This document shows positions 1 through 10,731 of a stretch of DNA of 64,000 nt, piece after piece. Under the pieces are notes generated by a model. It was not told the DNA's origin and did no database searches. It worked only from the letters and a program-made list of their open reading frames with translations. This DNA is from a virus. Made by a program: the position numbers and the translations under genes. The stretch lies in IMG/VR virus record IMGVR_UViG_3300033512_000075, positions 1 to 64,000 of that record; one strand, written 5' to 3'. Positions within the stretch are counted from its first letter, which is position 1. The number at the start of each line of letters is the position of its first letter.

Positions 1-2
1 AT

Positions 3-1859
3 ATAGGTAGTGATTGGATACCGGGTTATTATTACTTCTATTTGAACTTCTCTCCTATAATGAGAGTAGAGTATGATGAGAGTGAATTAGTTAAGGTTAG
101 GGAAGGTAAACAAATTAAAGGAAAGAGGATATTCTCTCACCCTGATATATGGGATTATGACTACTACTACTTTCATTATTTAGAAGAAGCAGAAAAAGCA
201 GGTAAACATGGCAGTGTATTGAAATGCAGACGTAGGGGATATTCATTTAAGGGAGGCTCTATGTTAAGGAGGAACTTCCATTTAATACCTAATAGTAAGA
301 GCTTTGCATTAGCAAGTCAAGAGACGTTCTTAATAAAGGACGGTATATTGAATAAGTCTAATGATATAGGTAACTTTATAAATGAGTACACTGGATTTAG
401 GAGGTTGTCGCAGAAGCACAATCAGCTAATGCACACAAGAGCTTCTTACTTTAGGGGAGGAGTAGAGCAGGGTATTATGAGCGAGATAATAGGAAAGACA
501 CTTAACAATAATGCAGATAGAGCGAGAGGTATCAGCGGTAAGTTGATACTGTTTGAAGAGGCTGGTGAGTTCCCTGAATTACTTAAGGCATGGCAGATAG
601 CTAAGGAATCAGTACAGCAAGATAATATAACTTATGGATTGATGGTAGCATTCGGTACTGGCGGCTCTAAGATGACTTCATATCAGACACTTAATGAATT
701 GTTCTTTAAGCCTGAAGCATATGATATACACGGTATAAAGAACATATGGAGTTCTAAGGCAAGAGTAGCTAAGTCTGGGTTCTTTGCTCCTGTATATGCT
801 AATGTGTATGGGTTTATGGATAAGAATGGAAATACAGACGTGTTGAGTTCTTATGAACATGAATTTGTAAGCATTGAGAAGATGGAGGCTATGGGTACAG
901 ACCCGTCCGCTATTATGCAAAGGAGGTCAGAAAGACCATTAAGACCGGAAGATGCTTTGTTGAGAGCAGACACTAATGACTTTCCTATAAAGAGAATAGA
1001 GAATAGATTAGCTGACTTGCAAGGCAATGAAGAGCTTATATCTTATAGTAGGGTAGGTAATATGAAGATAAAGAATAAGGAGGTTATATTTGATTATGAT
1101 AAGAATGCTTCTGTAATTAAGTATTATCCTCACGCTAAGACAGGCTCTAATGAAGGTGCAGTAGAGATGTGGGAAGTACCTACTAAGTTGAATGGTGTAG
1201 TTCCTGAAGATTTGTATATAATGGGTGTTGATGGATACGACCAGAACTCAAGTAGTACAATGAGTTTGGGTAGTTGCTTTGTTATGAATAGGCTGACTGG
1301 CTTGTTGGTTGCAGAGTATACAGGAAGACCGACTACAGCAGATGACTTTAATGAGCAGGTATTGTTGTTGGCTTTGTATTTTAATGCTAAGGTTAATTTT
1401 GAGAATAACTTGTTAGGTATAAGGAACTACTTTAAATCTAAAGGGTATGAACATATATTGATACCAGCACCTGAGATTATAAAGAAGATATCGAAGGTAG
1501 CCGCAGAGAGGGAATTAGGCACACCCGGTACAACACAGATAAATAAGTATGCAAGAGAGAGAATCAAGGCATGGTTATTGGAGAGTGTTGTTAAGGGAGA
1601 TATGCTGGACTTTGTAGATACTATTAATAGTGTTCCTTTATTGCAAGAGTTAAGTGGCTGGAACATAGAAGATAACTTTGATAGAGTCAGCTCGCTTGGT
1701 ATGCTTATGATATTCTATGAAAGCACTAAAGGAGTGCAGGGATTGGAACTTAATAAAGACTTAGAGGTATATGACCCAGCAGCTGACCCTTTCTGGTCAA
1801 GGACGCTACAGGTAAACAATACAAAATTTAATATAGATGATTTTATTATGAAACTGTGA
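3..1859 (+). CDS. terL: Terminase large subunit, 5'-truncated by the window edge
   Basis: The frame is open from nt 3 (IGSDWIPGYYYFYLNF...), so the TTG at 42 used by the ORF track is not the real start. Motifs seen: 'GYYYFYLNF', Walker-B-like 'KLILFEEAGEF', 'AFGTGG', and the nuclease-domain Asp 'IMGVDGYDQ'. A portal-sized gene follows directly. Confidence 0.85.
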   Translation: MGSDWIPGYYYFYLNFSPIMRVEYDESELVKVREGKQIKGKRIFSHPDIWDYDYYYFHYLEEAEKAGKHGSVLKCRRRGYSFKGGSMLRRNFHLIPNSKSFALASQETFLIKDGILNKSNDIGNFINEYTGFRRLSQKHNQLMHTRASYFRGGVEQGIMSEIIGKTLNNNADRARGISGKLILFEEAGEFPELLKAWQIAKESVQQDNITYGLMVAFGTGGSKMTSYQTLNELFFKPEAYDIHGIKNIWSSKARVAKSGFFAPVYANVYGFMDKNGNTDVLSSYEHEFVSIEKMEAMGTDPSAIMQRRSERPLRPEDALLRADTNDFPIKRIENRLADLQGNEELISYSRVGNMKIKNKEVIFDYDKNASVIKYYPHAKTGSNEGAVEMWEVPTKLNGVVPEDLYIMGVDGYDQNSSSTMSLGSCFVMNRLTGLLVAEYTGRPTTADDFNEQVLLLALYFNAKVNFENNLLGIRNYFKSKGYEHILIPAPEIIKKISKVAAERELGTPGTTQINKYARERIKAWLLESVVKGDMLDFVDTINSVPLLQELSGWNIEDNFDRVSSLGMLMIFYESTKGVQGLELNKDLEVYDPAADPFWSRTLQVNNTKFNIDDFIMKL

Positions 1860-1876
1860 TGATTTAAATTTGTATA

Positions 1877-4255
1877 ATGAAACAATTACCATTACAAAAG
1901 GTATCAAGTTCCGCAAAGACTAAACAGTGGTTTACGGAATGTGCTAAAGCGGCAGTAAGTATAGCTACAACTGAATTAAATAGTATCGCACTATCAGCTA
2001 AGGAAAAGCAAGTGAATATAGACTTGTATGATAGTATAATAGATGAAGAAGAGTTAAAGAACAACTTTGATACTATGAAATTGTTTACAGGTAATTACTC
2101 TCCAAACTTTAAGAATTATGCAGTAATAAGAGATAAGATAGATTTACTGTATGGTGAGTATTTAGAACGTGGTGAGGAGTATGGTGTTGCAGCAATTGAT
2201 ACAAATTCGATTTCAATGAAACTAAAGGAAAGAAGCAAGAAGGCTTCTGAGATATTAAATGAGTTATTAGTTAATGATTATAGTGAAGAAGAAATGAAAA
2301 AGAAGTTGAAGGAATTAGACCCTTCGAGGTTCATGTCTTCACTTGAGAAAGGAGCTAATAGTTTATTAAGTATAGTAAAGAAGAGTAATAACTTACCATT
2401 CTATAAGGCAGAAGGGTTCAGGGAATCTTTAATAACAGCTCAAGCTATATTCCATGTGGGTATATCTAATAATAGGGTTGTTGTTAGGAAGACCGACCCT
2501 TTAAATACTTATACAGTGAGGTCTGGCAGTAGCAATGATGTAAGAGATGCTGATGTAATAGTAGAGATTAGATATATGTCAAGGGGTCGTATAATAGATG
2601 AGTTTGGGGAATTTATTGAAGGTAAGAGAGACTTTGAAGATGTGGTATTTAATAAGAGTGTTACAGGTTTCTTAGGAGATGTAAGTAATGCCGAATTAGA
2701 TTTATATAGTTTGGCATTTCCCGGTGATAGCTTACATGGATTCATGACTACACAGTCGGCAGGTAATACTGCTATATCTGACAGTGAGGGTAATTTGAGG
2801 GTAGCTGATATTACTTGGGCTGGATATAGGAAGTTATTTAAGAGAAAGTATTATGGAGATAATGCTGAAGTGCTTTATGATTATGTAAGTGAGCAGTACA
2901 CACCGGATAAAGATAAAGGGGAGGAATTGACTCCAAGATATGTTAAAGAGTGGTATAGAGCTACATTAGTAGGTTCTGATTTAGTGGTTAATCAGGGTGT
3001 AGTAGAGCCAAGAATAACATCTCCATCTAATCCATTCGAGAGCTTCTCGGGGTATGTAGGTGGTTATTTTAATGTAGTTAATAATAGAGCTAAGTCAATA
3101 GTATCTTTGGCAGCACCACACTTGTATTTTTTGAATGTGTTGTATGCAAGAGTTGAAGATATATTGAGTAAAAATATGGGTAAGATAATAGAGTTAGATT
3201 TGGCTAATATACCAGATAAGTGGTCAGTACAGCAAGTAATGCAGTATATGAAAATACATGGTATAAGAGTTAAGGATAGCTTTAGAGAGGGTACAAGAGG
3301 TGCTGCACAGGGAAGAATGGCTGGTATGTATAATGCTTCGAGTAAGCCAATAGATATGGAAGTTGGAAGCAGTATACAGTACATTATAGGAATGATGGAT
3401 AAGACTGAAGAACAATTGAGTAAGATTACTGGTATAACACCACAGAGATTGGGTGCTATTAGTAATAGAGAGTTGGTAGGTAATGTAGAAAGGAGTCGTA
3501 TACAAAGTTCACATATAACTGAATACTGGTTTAATAGGTATGAAAAGATAATGCTTGATTTGAATTATACTATCTTGAGTGTAGCTAAGCAATTAGTTAG
3601 AGATGGTGTAATGTTCCAATCAGTATTAGATGATTATTCCTACTCTATATTCAAGGAAATACCTGAAGGATTTAATGTAGCAGAGTTTGAGTTATTCCCT
3701 GTTAATACAAGGAAGTTTAAGAAATTGACAAATACATTAGAGCAAGCTGTAATACAAGGCTTACCTAATGGACAGGTTACATATACAGAATTGATTAGGT
3801 TATTTAAGGCGGATAGTAGTTTTGATATGATTGTAGAAGCTCAAAGATTAGATGACAGTAAAGAAGAGAAGTTGCAGAAGGCTCAAGAGGCTGAACGACA
3901 ACATCAAGTACAGATAGAAGATATGAGAAAACAAGCAATGGCAGAACAACTTAAAGCTGAAAAAGAATATGAAATTATGTTGGAGAATATAAGAAATCAA
4001 GGTAGATTGGATGTTAAGAGAATGGAGTTAGATATGAAGCAGTACTATGACAATACTAAGGAGAATAAAGATGTAAATGCTAATGGAGTAGAAGATGGTG
4101 TTGAATTAGTTAAAGAACAGATGAGAACAGATACTAAGAATAGAGAACTTGATATTAAGGAAGAACAAATGAAAATTGATGAACGTATTAAGTTAAGGGA
4201 ACTTGAACTTAAGAAACTCGATATAAATACTAAAAATAAACCAAGTAGTAAATGA
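1877..4255 (+). CDS. Portal protein (putative)
   Basis: 792-aa ORF starting 17 nt after TerL. Size and position match crAss-like head modules, and it has a K/E-rich coiled-coil C-terminal tail. The assignment is positional; there is no catalytic motif to verify by eye. Confidence 0.6.
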   Translation: MKQLPLQKVSSSAKTKQWFTECAKAAVSIATTELNSIALSAKEKQVNIDLYDSIIDEEELKNNFDTMKLFTGNYSPNFKNYAVIRDKIDLLYGEYLERGEEYGVAAIDTNSISMKLKERSKKASEILNELLVNDYSEEEMKKKLKELDPSRFMSSLEKGANSLLSIVKKSNNLPFYKAEGFRESLITAQAIFHVGISNNRVVVRKTDPLNTYTVRSGSSNDVRDADVIVEIRYMSRGRIIDEFGEFIEGKRDFEDVVFNKSVTGFLGDVSNAELDLYSLAFPGDSLHGFMTTQSAGNTAISDSEGNLRVADITWAGYRKLFKRKYYGDNAEVLYDYVSEQYTPDKDKGEELTPRYVKEWYRATLVGSDLVVNQGVVEPRITSPSNPFESFSGYVGGYFNVVNNRAKSIVSLAAPHLYFLNVLYARVEDILSKNMGKIIELDLANIPDKWSVQQVMQYMKIHGIRVKDSFREGTRGAAQGRMAGMYNASSKPIDMEVGSSIQYIIGMMDKTEEQLSKITGITPQRLGAISNRELVGNVERSRIQSSHITEYWFNRYEKIMLDLNYTILSVAKQLVRDGVMFQSVLDDYSYSIFKEIPEGFNVAEFELFPVNTRKFKKLTNTLEQAVIQGLPNGQVTYTELIRLFKADSSFDMIVEAQRLDDSKEEKLQKAQEAERQHQVQIEDMRKQAMAEQLKAEKEYEIMLENIRNQGRLDVKRMELDMKQYYDNTKENKDVNANGVEDGVELVKEQMRTDTKNRELDIKEEQMKIDERIKLRELELKKLDINTKNKPSSK

Positions 4256-5289
4256 CAATAGAGAATGATTTAATTACGTCTGATGATTCATTAAATGAAT
4301 TGACAGGTGTAGAGCTTAATCCAGACGATTCTCCTATTAGAGATGAGAAACCGATCTCTGATGTAGAGTCTGCAGCTAAGGAAGGAGGTATTCCTGAAAT
4401 AAAAGACGACGAGCGAGAGCAAGAACAAGAAGTTGAGGAAGTAGCTAATGTACCTAAAATGCTTGCTACTTTACTTGTAGAGAATAAGGTATTAGATACT
4501 GCTGATAATATTAATAGTTATCAAGATTTAGTTAATATCTTTGATGTTAAAGATGAAGAGATTATAAATAGATATAAACAAACACTTCCAGAAGAAGTAA
4601 GGTCTATGATTGATATGTCTTCTGAAGGGGTTGATTTGAAACAAGTAAAGGAATCAGTATTAACACTTACAGAACTTAATAAGTTAAATGATAAGTCAGA
4701 TGCAGAAACTTATAAGAAGATAATAGCAGAGAATCTAAGATTGGAGGGATATCCTGAAGAGTACATAGCTAAGAGAATAGAACAGGCAGAGGATACAGAT
4801 TCAGTTAAAATGGAAGGTAAGATAGCAAAGGAAAGACTTATTAGTAAACGAACTAAAGAAATAGAACAAGTAAAAGAAGATACTAAACGAAGAGAACAGG
4901 AACAGTTGAGTGCTTATAATAAATGGCTTGAGGATACCAAAGCTAATGTAAACAACAGCTTAGCGTCCAGATATGCTATGAATGCAGACCTTAAAGAGAA
5001 GGTTATAAAAAGTGTAATAGAGCCTGTTGATGTTATCGAAGAGAATGGCATCAAGAGGCCTCTATCTTATTTAGAGAGGAGTCTTAGGGAGGACCCCTTA
5101 TTATTAGCTGAAATTAATTATTTTATAATGACAAAGAAAATAGGAACAAAAGCAGAACCGCATAAGGCGGAAGTAAGTAAAGCAGTAGAGAATTTAGAAA
5201 ATGCATATAAAAATTCAAGGATATCTGGTAGTAATAAGACAGATAGTAAGTACGCATCACCTTTATCTAATTTAAATTTAAACATCTAA
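4252..5289 (+). CDS. Acidic coiled-coil protein, putative scaffolding protein
   Basis: 345 aa, D/E/K-rich with long helical-looking stretches. Its start overlaps the portal stop (ATGA). It lies between the portal and the MCP candidate, where scaffold genes usually sit. Confidence 0.4.
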   Translation: MTIENDLITSDDSLNELTGVELNPDDSPIRDEKPISDVESAAKEGGIPEIKDDEREQEQEVEEVANVPKMLATLLVENKVLDTADNINSYQDLVNIFDVKDEEIINRYKQTLPEEVRSMIDMSSEGVDLKQVKESVLTLTELNKLNDKSDAETYKKIIAENLRLEGYPEEYIAKRIEQAEDTDSVKMEGKIAKERLISKRTKEIEQVKEDTKRREQEQLSAYNKWLEDTKANVNNSLASRYAMNADLKEKVIKSVIEPVDVIEENGIKRPLSYLERSLREDPLLLAEINYFIMTKKIGTKAEPHKAEVSKAVENLENAYKNSRISGSNKTDSKYASPLSNLNLNI

Positions 5290-5293
5290 AAGA

Positions 5294-6745
5294 ATGAATT
5301 ACAACGGTATTTTATTTAGACCTGAACCCGGTTGGAGTGGTTTAACAACTAAGAATAACTTGTTAAAGATACGAGCTATTGAGCCTAAATGGGCAGATGA
5401 GACACTGACTTACGTACAATCAGTTAATTCATCTGGTATGGCTATGGAAGAATACTTAAAGAAAGCTTTAGGTAACAATGTAGAAGTAATGGACTCTGAT
5501 GACCCAATTAACTATAGAGTATATGGTGAATCTAAAGGTAATACTAAATTAACTTCATATAGAGCTGACGATATGAATCGTGCAGGACTTGGTAAATCTC
5601 GATTTACTATGGTGTTTGCGGACCCGCTGTTCAGTGAAGTACATGAGATTGTTGGTATGAATGACCGTTACAGAGTTAAAGTAATTGATGGTCCAGCACA
5701 AGAGGGTACTAATTATGCTTACTTATGTGAGGTATTTGGACCGGCTGATAGCTTTATACCTGCTTCTGAATTGAGAGCCGGTACACTATGGAGCAGAGAC
5801 GGAGCTTCTGTACCATTGACACGTTCAATGAAAGGTGCTAAAGCATACCATACTTCACCATATGCTATTACATTCAATTGGAGTTCTACACGTACAGAGC
5901 GAGAAGCTGGTGGTGATATGGCTAATCGACCTGTAGCTTTCTCATGGAAAGACGATAAGGGTAATACATTAACTACTTGGGAACACTATGACACTTGGGT
6001 TAATGACTTACATTTCCGTGAGTTGAAGAATAAGACTATCTTGTGGGGTAGAGATAACATGAATAAGACAGGTGGTTATGATGATGTCGATAGACACTCA
6101 GGAGAAAAGATTATACAGGGTCCTGGTTTAGTTCAACAAATGGAACGAGCTAACTTGAATTACTATAATACATTTGACATTGATGAGTTCTCTGACCATA
6201 TCTTACGACTACGAGTAGGTAAGAAATCGACAGATAAAACACATTATGTAGTAAGTACAGGTACTTATGGTGCCTTACAAGCACACAATGCTATTGCAGA
6301 GAAAGCACAAGGTTGGACATTAGTAGATAACAAAGTAGTGTTTGGAACTAATGAGAATATGGGTTATGGTAATTCATTTAAACGCTATATGCACCCATCT
6401 GGATTTTATATTGACTTTAGAGTAGATCCTATGTTAGACGATGAGTACAGAACACCTGTACGACACCCTGCTAAAGGATATGCACGTTCATATGAATATC
6501 ATATAATGGATTTAGGACAAACATCAGGAGAAAGTAATATCAAATTGAATTATGTAAAATCAGCTCAAGATATTACAGGAGTACTTAAAGGTTTGAGAAG
6601 TCCTTATACCCCTACAGGTGCTTATGTTAAAGATGAAGTAGCTTCATTGAAAGACGGTTGGACTGAATCACGTATGAGCCAATTTATGGTTGTTGTTAAG
6701 AACCCTAACAATACAATGATTTACAGACCTAATATTTTAAAATAA
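5294..6745 (+). CDS. Major capsid protein (putative)
   Basis: 483-aa ORF two genes after the portal, giving the TerL-portal-X-MCP order typical of crAss-like phages. The size fits crAss-type HK97-fold MCPs. No low-complexity sequence. Confidence 0.6.
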   Translation: MNYNGILFRPEPGWSGLTTKNNLLKIRAIEPKWADETLTYVQSVNSSGMAMEEYLKKALGNNVEVMDSDDPINYRVYGESKGNTKLTSYRADDMNRAGLGKSRFTMVFADPLFSEVHEIVGMNDRYRVKVIDGPAQEGTNYAYLCEVFGPADSFIPASELRAGTLWSRDGASVPLTRSMKGAKAYHTSPYAITFNWSSTRTEREAGGDMANRPVAFSWKDDKGNTLTTWEHYDTWVNDLHFRELKNKTILWGRDNMNKTGGYDDVDRHSGEKIIQGPGLVQQMERANLNYYNTFDIDEFSDHILRLRVGKKSTDKTHYVVSTGTYGALQAHNAIAEKAQGWTLVDNKVVFGTNENMGYGNSFKRYMHPSGFYIDFRVDPMLDDEYRTPVRHPAKGYARSYEYHIMDLGQTSGESNIKLNYVKSAQDITGVLKGLRSPYTPTGAYVKDEVASLKDGWTESRMSQFMVVVKNPNNTMIYRPNILK

Positions 6746-6756
6746 TAAGTATATAA

Positions 6757-7620
6757 ATGGACGTTAAAAGTTGTTTACAAAATAAGGTAGTTATAGTAAG
6801 ACCTGTAGCAGAGAATAATGCTATGCACATACCAGAAGGAAAGAATGGACATGTTAGATTTGAAGGTTCATACTGTACTTATTGTGCACCACTTACTGCT
6901 AATAATACTATAAAAGAAGTATTAACTCAAGAAGAGAGAGAGTATTTAGAGAATCTAATGGATAGTTCAAGACCGAAAGGTTGGTTATCTGCTTATGCAA
7001 GAAAAGAGAATGCATGGTCAGGTAATAGAGGATTTAAAGTAGAACTTGGTAATGATGAAGTTGTACTTGAATTAAGTAATCCTGTTGATTTTATTAAGTG
7101 GAAGATTCTATTAAGCAATACAGAAGATATATCACCTACATTTGAGAATAGATTAGACAAACAGTATTTGTTTTACATAGAGAATAAAGAAGAGATGGAT
7201 AAGAATAAGTCAGAGTTGATTGATTCTAAGATTAAGGCAAGCAATTTATTCTCTGAAATATCTAAATCTAAAGATAAGACTATTGAGTGTCTAATGGTTA
7301 TCTATAGTGGTGATACTAAGTTTGTACCTGATGAAATGCCAGACCATACAGCTAAGGCTACTTTGTTTAATTTTGTTGATAGTAATCCTAAGAAGTTTAT
7401 AGAGATAGTAGAAGATGTAGACTTTAAGGTAAAGGGTGTATTATACAGAGCTATGCGAAGAGGAGTAATTAACAGAAATGGATATACTTATAATTTAGGT
7501 ATGGGAGACGGCAGACAAGTAGGTAATGGAATTGCAGAGGTAATTGCTTATATTAAGGATTTAAGTACTAATAACAGTAAGCAGGAAGAATATATTAAAT
7601 TTAAAGCTGCACTAAAATAG
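6757..7620 (+). CDS. Hypothetical head-module protein (287 aa)
   Basis: Clean ATG start 11 nt after the MCP stop. Same strand and operon. No recognisable motif. Confidence 0.75.
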   Translation: MDVKSCLQNKVVIVRPVAENNAMHIPEGKNGHVRFEGSYCTYCAPLTANNTIKEVLTQEEREYLENLMDSSRPKGWLSAYARKENAWSGNRGFKVELGNDEVVLELSNPVDFIKWKILLSNTEDISPTFENRLDKQYLFYIENKEEMDKNKSELIDSKIKASNLFSEISKSKDKTIECLMVIYSGDTKFVPDEMPDHTAKATLFNFVDSNPKKFIEIVEDVDFKVKGVLYRAMRRGVINRNGYTYNLGMGDGRQVGNGIAEVIAYIKDLSTNNSKQEEYIKFKAALK

Positions 7621-8502
7621 ATGGACGCTAATACTATGGGGGCTGAATTAGTTAGGAGACTTGGGTCTTCTAACTATAACCTCATAAACTTCGATGATAG
7701 GGAAAGAACAATACTGTTGAATGAAGCTATGGACGAGTGGATAACAGAACGGTTTATTCCCGATATGAATATAAAGAAAAAAGGATTTGAATTTGATGTA
7801 AAGAGAAGATTAGACCTTGCTGGTGTTATAACTTCTCACGTTACATTGAAAAGAACAAGTGGTGATTTTGTATTAGGTACTGCAGATAACGGGGCATTAC
7901 CTACTCCAGATTTGGACTACCAATCAAGTAGTGATATTGGTGGACTGCCACAAGTAGAAACTGATTATGGTGTGTTCTTTTCTATACCTGATGAGTGTTT
8001 GTATATAATAGCTGATACTTGTGGCACAAGTAAGGGTGCTGAAATAAAGCATAACGTACCGGTAGAAGTAGTTACATATGAAGACTATTATGCAAAGATA
8101 TATAATGTGTATTTAAGTCCTTATTATAATAAGGTATGGAGATTGGATAATGGTACATATAAACCTGCAGGTACAGGAGGAAGTACAACATCTACAAAAC
8201 ATCAATTGTCTGGATATAATGCAAATATGACAGGAGTTACAAAGATGCTTACTACTTATAGAAGCGGGTTACTGATACCCGGTAAGGACTGGACTGTAGA
8301 ATCATATAATATGCACTATATAAAAAGACCTAATAGAATATTAGTAGATACAATAACACCAGCAAATATGAAGAATTGCGAACTGCACCCTTCAGTACAT
8401 ACTGAAATAGTAGATAAGGCAGTATTAAAGGCAATAACAGGCAGAATACCTGAACAATCTAAATTTCAATTAGCTGATAAAGATGATAAAGAAAATCAAT
8501 AA
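7621..8502 (+). CDS. Hypothetical head/connector-module protein (293 aa)
   Basis: The ATG directly abuts the preceding TAG stop (7618-7620). No recognisable motif. Confidence 0.75.
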   Translation: MDANTMGAELVRRLGSSNYNLINFDDRERTILLNEAMDEWITERFIPDMNIKKKGFEFDVKRRLDLAGVITSHVTLKRTSGDFVLGTADNGALPTPDLDYQSSSDIGGLPQVETDYGVFFSIPDECLYIIADTCGTSKGAEIKHNVPVEVVTYEDYYAKIYNVYLSPYYNKVWRLDNGTYKPAGTGGSTTSTKHQLSGYNANMTGVTKMLTTYRSGLLIPGKDWTVESYNMHYIKRPNRILVDTITPANMKNCELHPSVHTEIVDKAVLKAITGRIPEQSKFQLADKDDKENQ

Positions 8503-8731
8503 GATAGACCCTAAGACATATATAGATGGGAGCAGATTTAATTTATTAGTTGATACTGTTAATCAGTTGATAGCTAAAGTCAATGGGATGGAAAGTGTTA
8601 CATCTATGTTTGGAGAAGAAATACCGAAAGAAGCTACTAAGGAAGTAGTAACTGAAGCAACTCCTGATAAAGTAGAAGCTGAGATAGAAGAAGTAAAAGT
8701 TGAAGTAGTAACTAAAATAAAAAATAAATAA
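8483..8731 (+). CDS. Small acidic hypothetical protein (82 aa)
   Basis: ATG at 8483 overlaps the upstream gene by 20 nt. The stop overlaps the next start (TAATG at 8729-8733). E/V/K-rich C-terminus. Confidence 0.55.
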   Translation: MIKKINKIDPKTYIDGSRFNLLVDTVNQLIAKVNGMESVTSMFGEEIPKEATKEVVTEATPDKVEAEIEEVKVEVVTKIKNK

Positions 8732-10110
8732 TGCACTCACAAATAGAAACTAAAAAGGTATTTGTTGCACGTAATTGTGCAAGAACATCAATTTTGACAG
8801 CTTCTAATCTGTATACTACTATAGGAGCAGGAGAAGTAGTCGTATTGAGCGATACAGGTAAATTAATTAAGACTATAGCCGAAGCTAAAGCCGCTAAAGC
8901 TATTAGATTAGTACAAGGTATCACAGGAGGCGGATACTATATATCAGATTTGATTGAGAAAGGTAAGGTAGCATCATTTAAAGGATTCAAGTTTAGTCAA
9001 TCAGAAGAACAACGTGTTGTATTAGGTTATAACGGTACTTCAGGAAGTATTGCAGTATTTGACGATAATGTATATTCAGTAACACTTGAATATGATAACG
9101 TAGGAAATGCAGTATGCGAAGAAAGCAAGTTGCATAAATTAGCATATAGAAGTCCTTTTACGGCAGCTAATCAATGGGACATAGCTAATGGTATTGCAGA
9201 ACAGTATGCAACTATTATAGAGAACTCACGATTCCTTTCAATGAAAGTGAATGTAATAAGTAATGAGACTGGTGCTGGTTCTTTAACTGGTTGTGAGGTT
9301 ATTAAAGGCTCTAAAGCAATAAGCTATACAGGAGGTACTCCGGCTGTAGGTGATGTTATTAAAGTACCAGGACTGACAGGAACTCCTTATCGAGATGAAT
9401 TTGCAAGTATATACAAAGTAGAATATGTAGATACTGTAAATAAAGTAGTAACTATCAATATACCTTACCAAAATGTCAATCAATCAGCAATAGCAATTAC
9501 TAAAATAGCTGACTTGACTACAGGTAATTACGGTATTGTATTTGAAGGAGTGTTGTTTCCGTTTGAGTTCCGTAATGGTGATTATGTAAAAGCATTTGCA
9601 CACGTACAACGTGAAGGATTTGGTATTACTACATTCACTAATGGGGGTACAGGATTTGAAATGCTTATAGGTAATGGACGCCATGAGCCTGTATCAGTTG
9701 AAGAGTTCTACTATCAAGGCAGCGTACGCAGTACTGACAACGATAGAAATTATTCAAGTTACGTACAAGAAACACAAACAGGACACGGTTATTCTTCTGT
9801 TAATATTAAGTTTCATTCACATGATAGAATCAACATATTAGAATCTAATGGAGCAATTAAAGAAGTAGTAGTGTTTGTGGATAGAGGAACTTATGCTGAT
9901 ATTAAAGCTAATGCTGCAGGTACTGCTTTAGGAACTAATATAATTGAAGGAACAGGTGCAGATACAGTAGGTACTATAGGCAGTTTCTTAAATATACTTA
10001 ATACCTTTATGGTTGCTTCTGAAGTGATAGCAACAGGAACTAATATAACTAACAATGAGGGTAAGTCCTTGACTTGTTCTGGTGTATTTAATTCCGGTAT
10101 TGATTTGTAG
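8731..10110 (+). CDS. Virion structural protein of unknown role (459 aa)
   Basis: Translationally coupled to the upstream gene and followed by a strong intrinsic terminator, which suggests a highly expressed structural gene. G/T/V-rich, beta-rich-looking sequence. Confidence 0.6.
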   Translation: MHSQIETKKVFVARNCARTSILTASNLYTTIGAGEVVVLSDTGKLIKTIAEAKAAKAIRLVQGITGGGYYISDLIEKGKVASFKGFKFSQSEEQRVVLGYNGTSGSIAVFDDNVYSVTLEYDNVGNAVCEESKLHKLAYRSPFTAANQWDIANGIAEQYATIIENSRFLSMKVNVISNETGAGSLTGCEVIKGSKAISYTGGTPAVGDVIKVPGLTGTPYRDEFASIYKVEYVDTVNKVVTINIPYQNVNQSAIAITKIADLTTGNYGIVFEGVLFPFEFRNGDYVKAFAHVQREGFGITTFTNGGTGFEMLIGNGRHEPVSVEEFYYQGSVRSTDNDRNYSSYVQETQTGHGYSSVNIKFHSHDRINILESNGAIKEVVVFVDRGTYADIKANAAGTALGTNIIEGTGADTVGTIGSFLNILNTFMVASEVIATGTNITNNEGKSLTCSGVFNSGIDL

Positions 10111-10127
10111 TTATTTATATAATTAAT

Positions 10128-10166
10128 AGGGGTGTTGTATGTTAGCATATAACGCCCCTTTTTTTT
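10128..10166 (+). terminator. Rho-independent terminator
   Basis: Stem AGGGGTG (10128-10134) pairs with CGCCCCT (10153-10159), including one G-U pair. A run of 8 T follows (10159-10166). Confidence 0.7.
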
Positions 10167-10173
10167 GACACAT

Positions 10174-10731
10174 ATGCAATTTGAAATAATAGAATTAAAT
10201 GATTACAGATTAATAGTAATGGATATTACAAGACGTAGTATATCAGGATTACCAAGAAAGATAACAAGTATTAGAATGAATATTATAAGCGAGTCTATAC
10301 CTGCGAATGTCTTTGACTTAGAAATACTCCCTTATATGTTCACAAAGAAGATAGAAAATCAGATATATGAGATAGACTCCAGTACACTTGGGTTGCCTAA
10401 GAATGTAAGGATACCTGATGGTGCTTACAACTTCATATTCAGGATTAATAATACTGATGAATTTAATGTATCTTGTTTAATAGTAACTGAAGTACAGGAG
10501 AAGTTGGCAGAGTTATATAAGTTACTACCTTACCCATTAGAGGATTTAACTAAGTTAAACACAAGTACAAAAGAAATAAATATTATAGTAAAGTACTTTC
10601 AAGCAATGTCTTTATATGCTAACCTTATACAGAATATAGCAGAGATATATGATTCCTTTGAAGCTAATAAGAAGCTGAACGAATTGAAGAGAGTATTATC
10701 AATAACAACTGAACCTAAATTTATAATATGA
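10174..10731 (+). CDS. Hypothetical protein (185 aa)
   Basis: The ORF-track start (TTG 10165) lies inside the terminator T-run. The first ATG is at 10174 (MQFEIIELND...). The stop overlaps the next start (ATGA). Confidence 0.7.
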   Translation: MQFEIIELNDYRLIVMDITRRSISGLPRKITSIRMNIISESIPANVFDLEILPYMFTKKIENQIYEIDSSTLGLPKNVRIPDGAYNFIFRINNTDEFNVSCLIVTEVQEKLAELYKLLPYPLEDLTKLNTSTKEINIIVKYFQAMSLYANLIQNIAEIYDSFEANKKLNELKRVLSITTEPKFII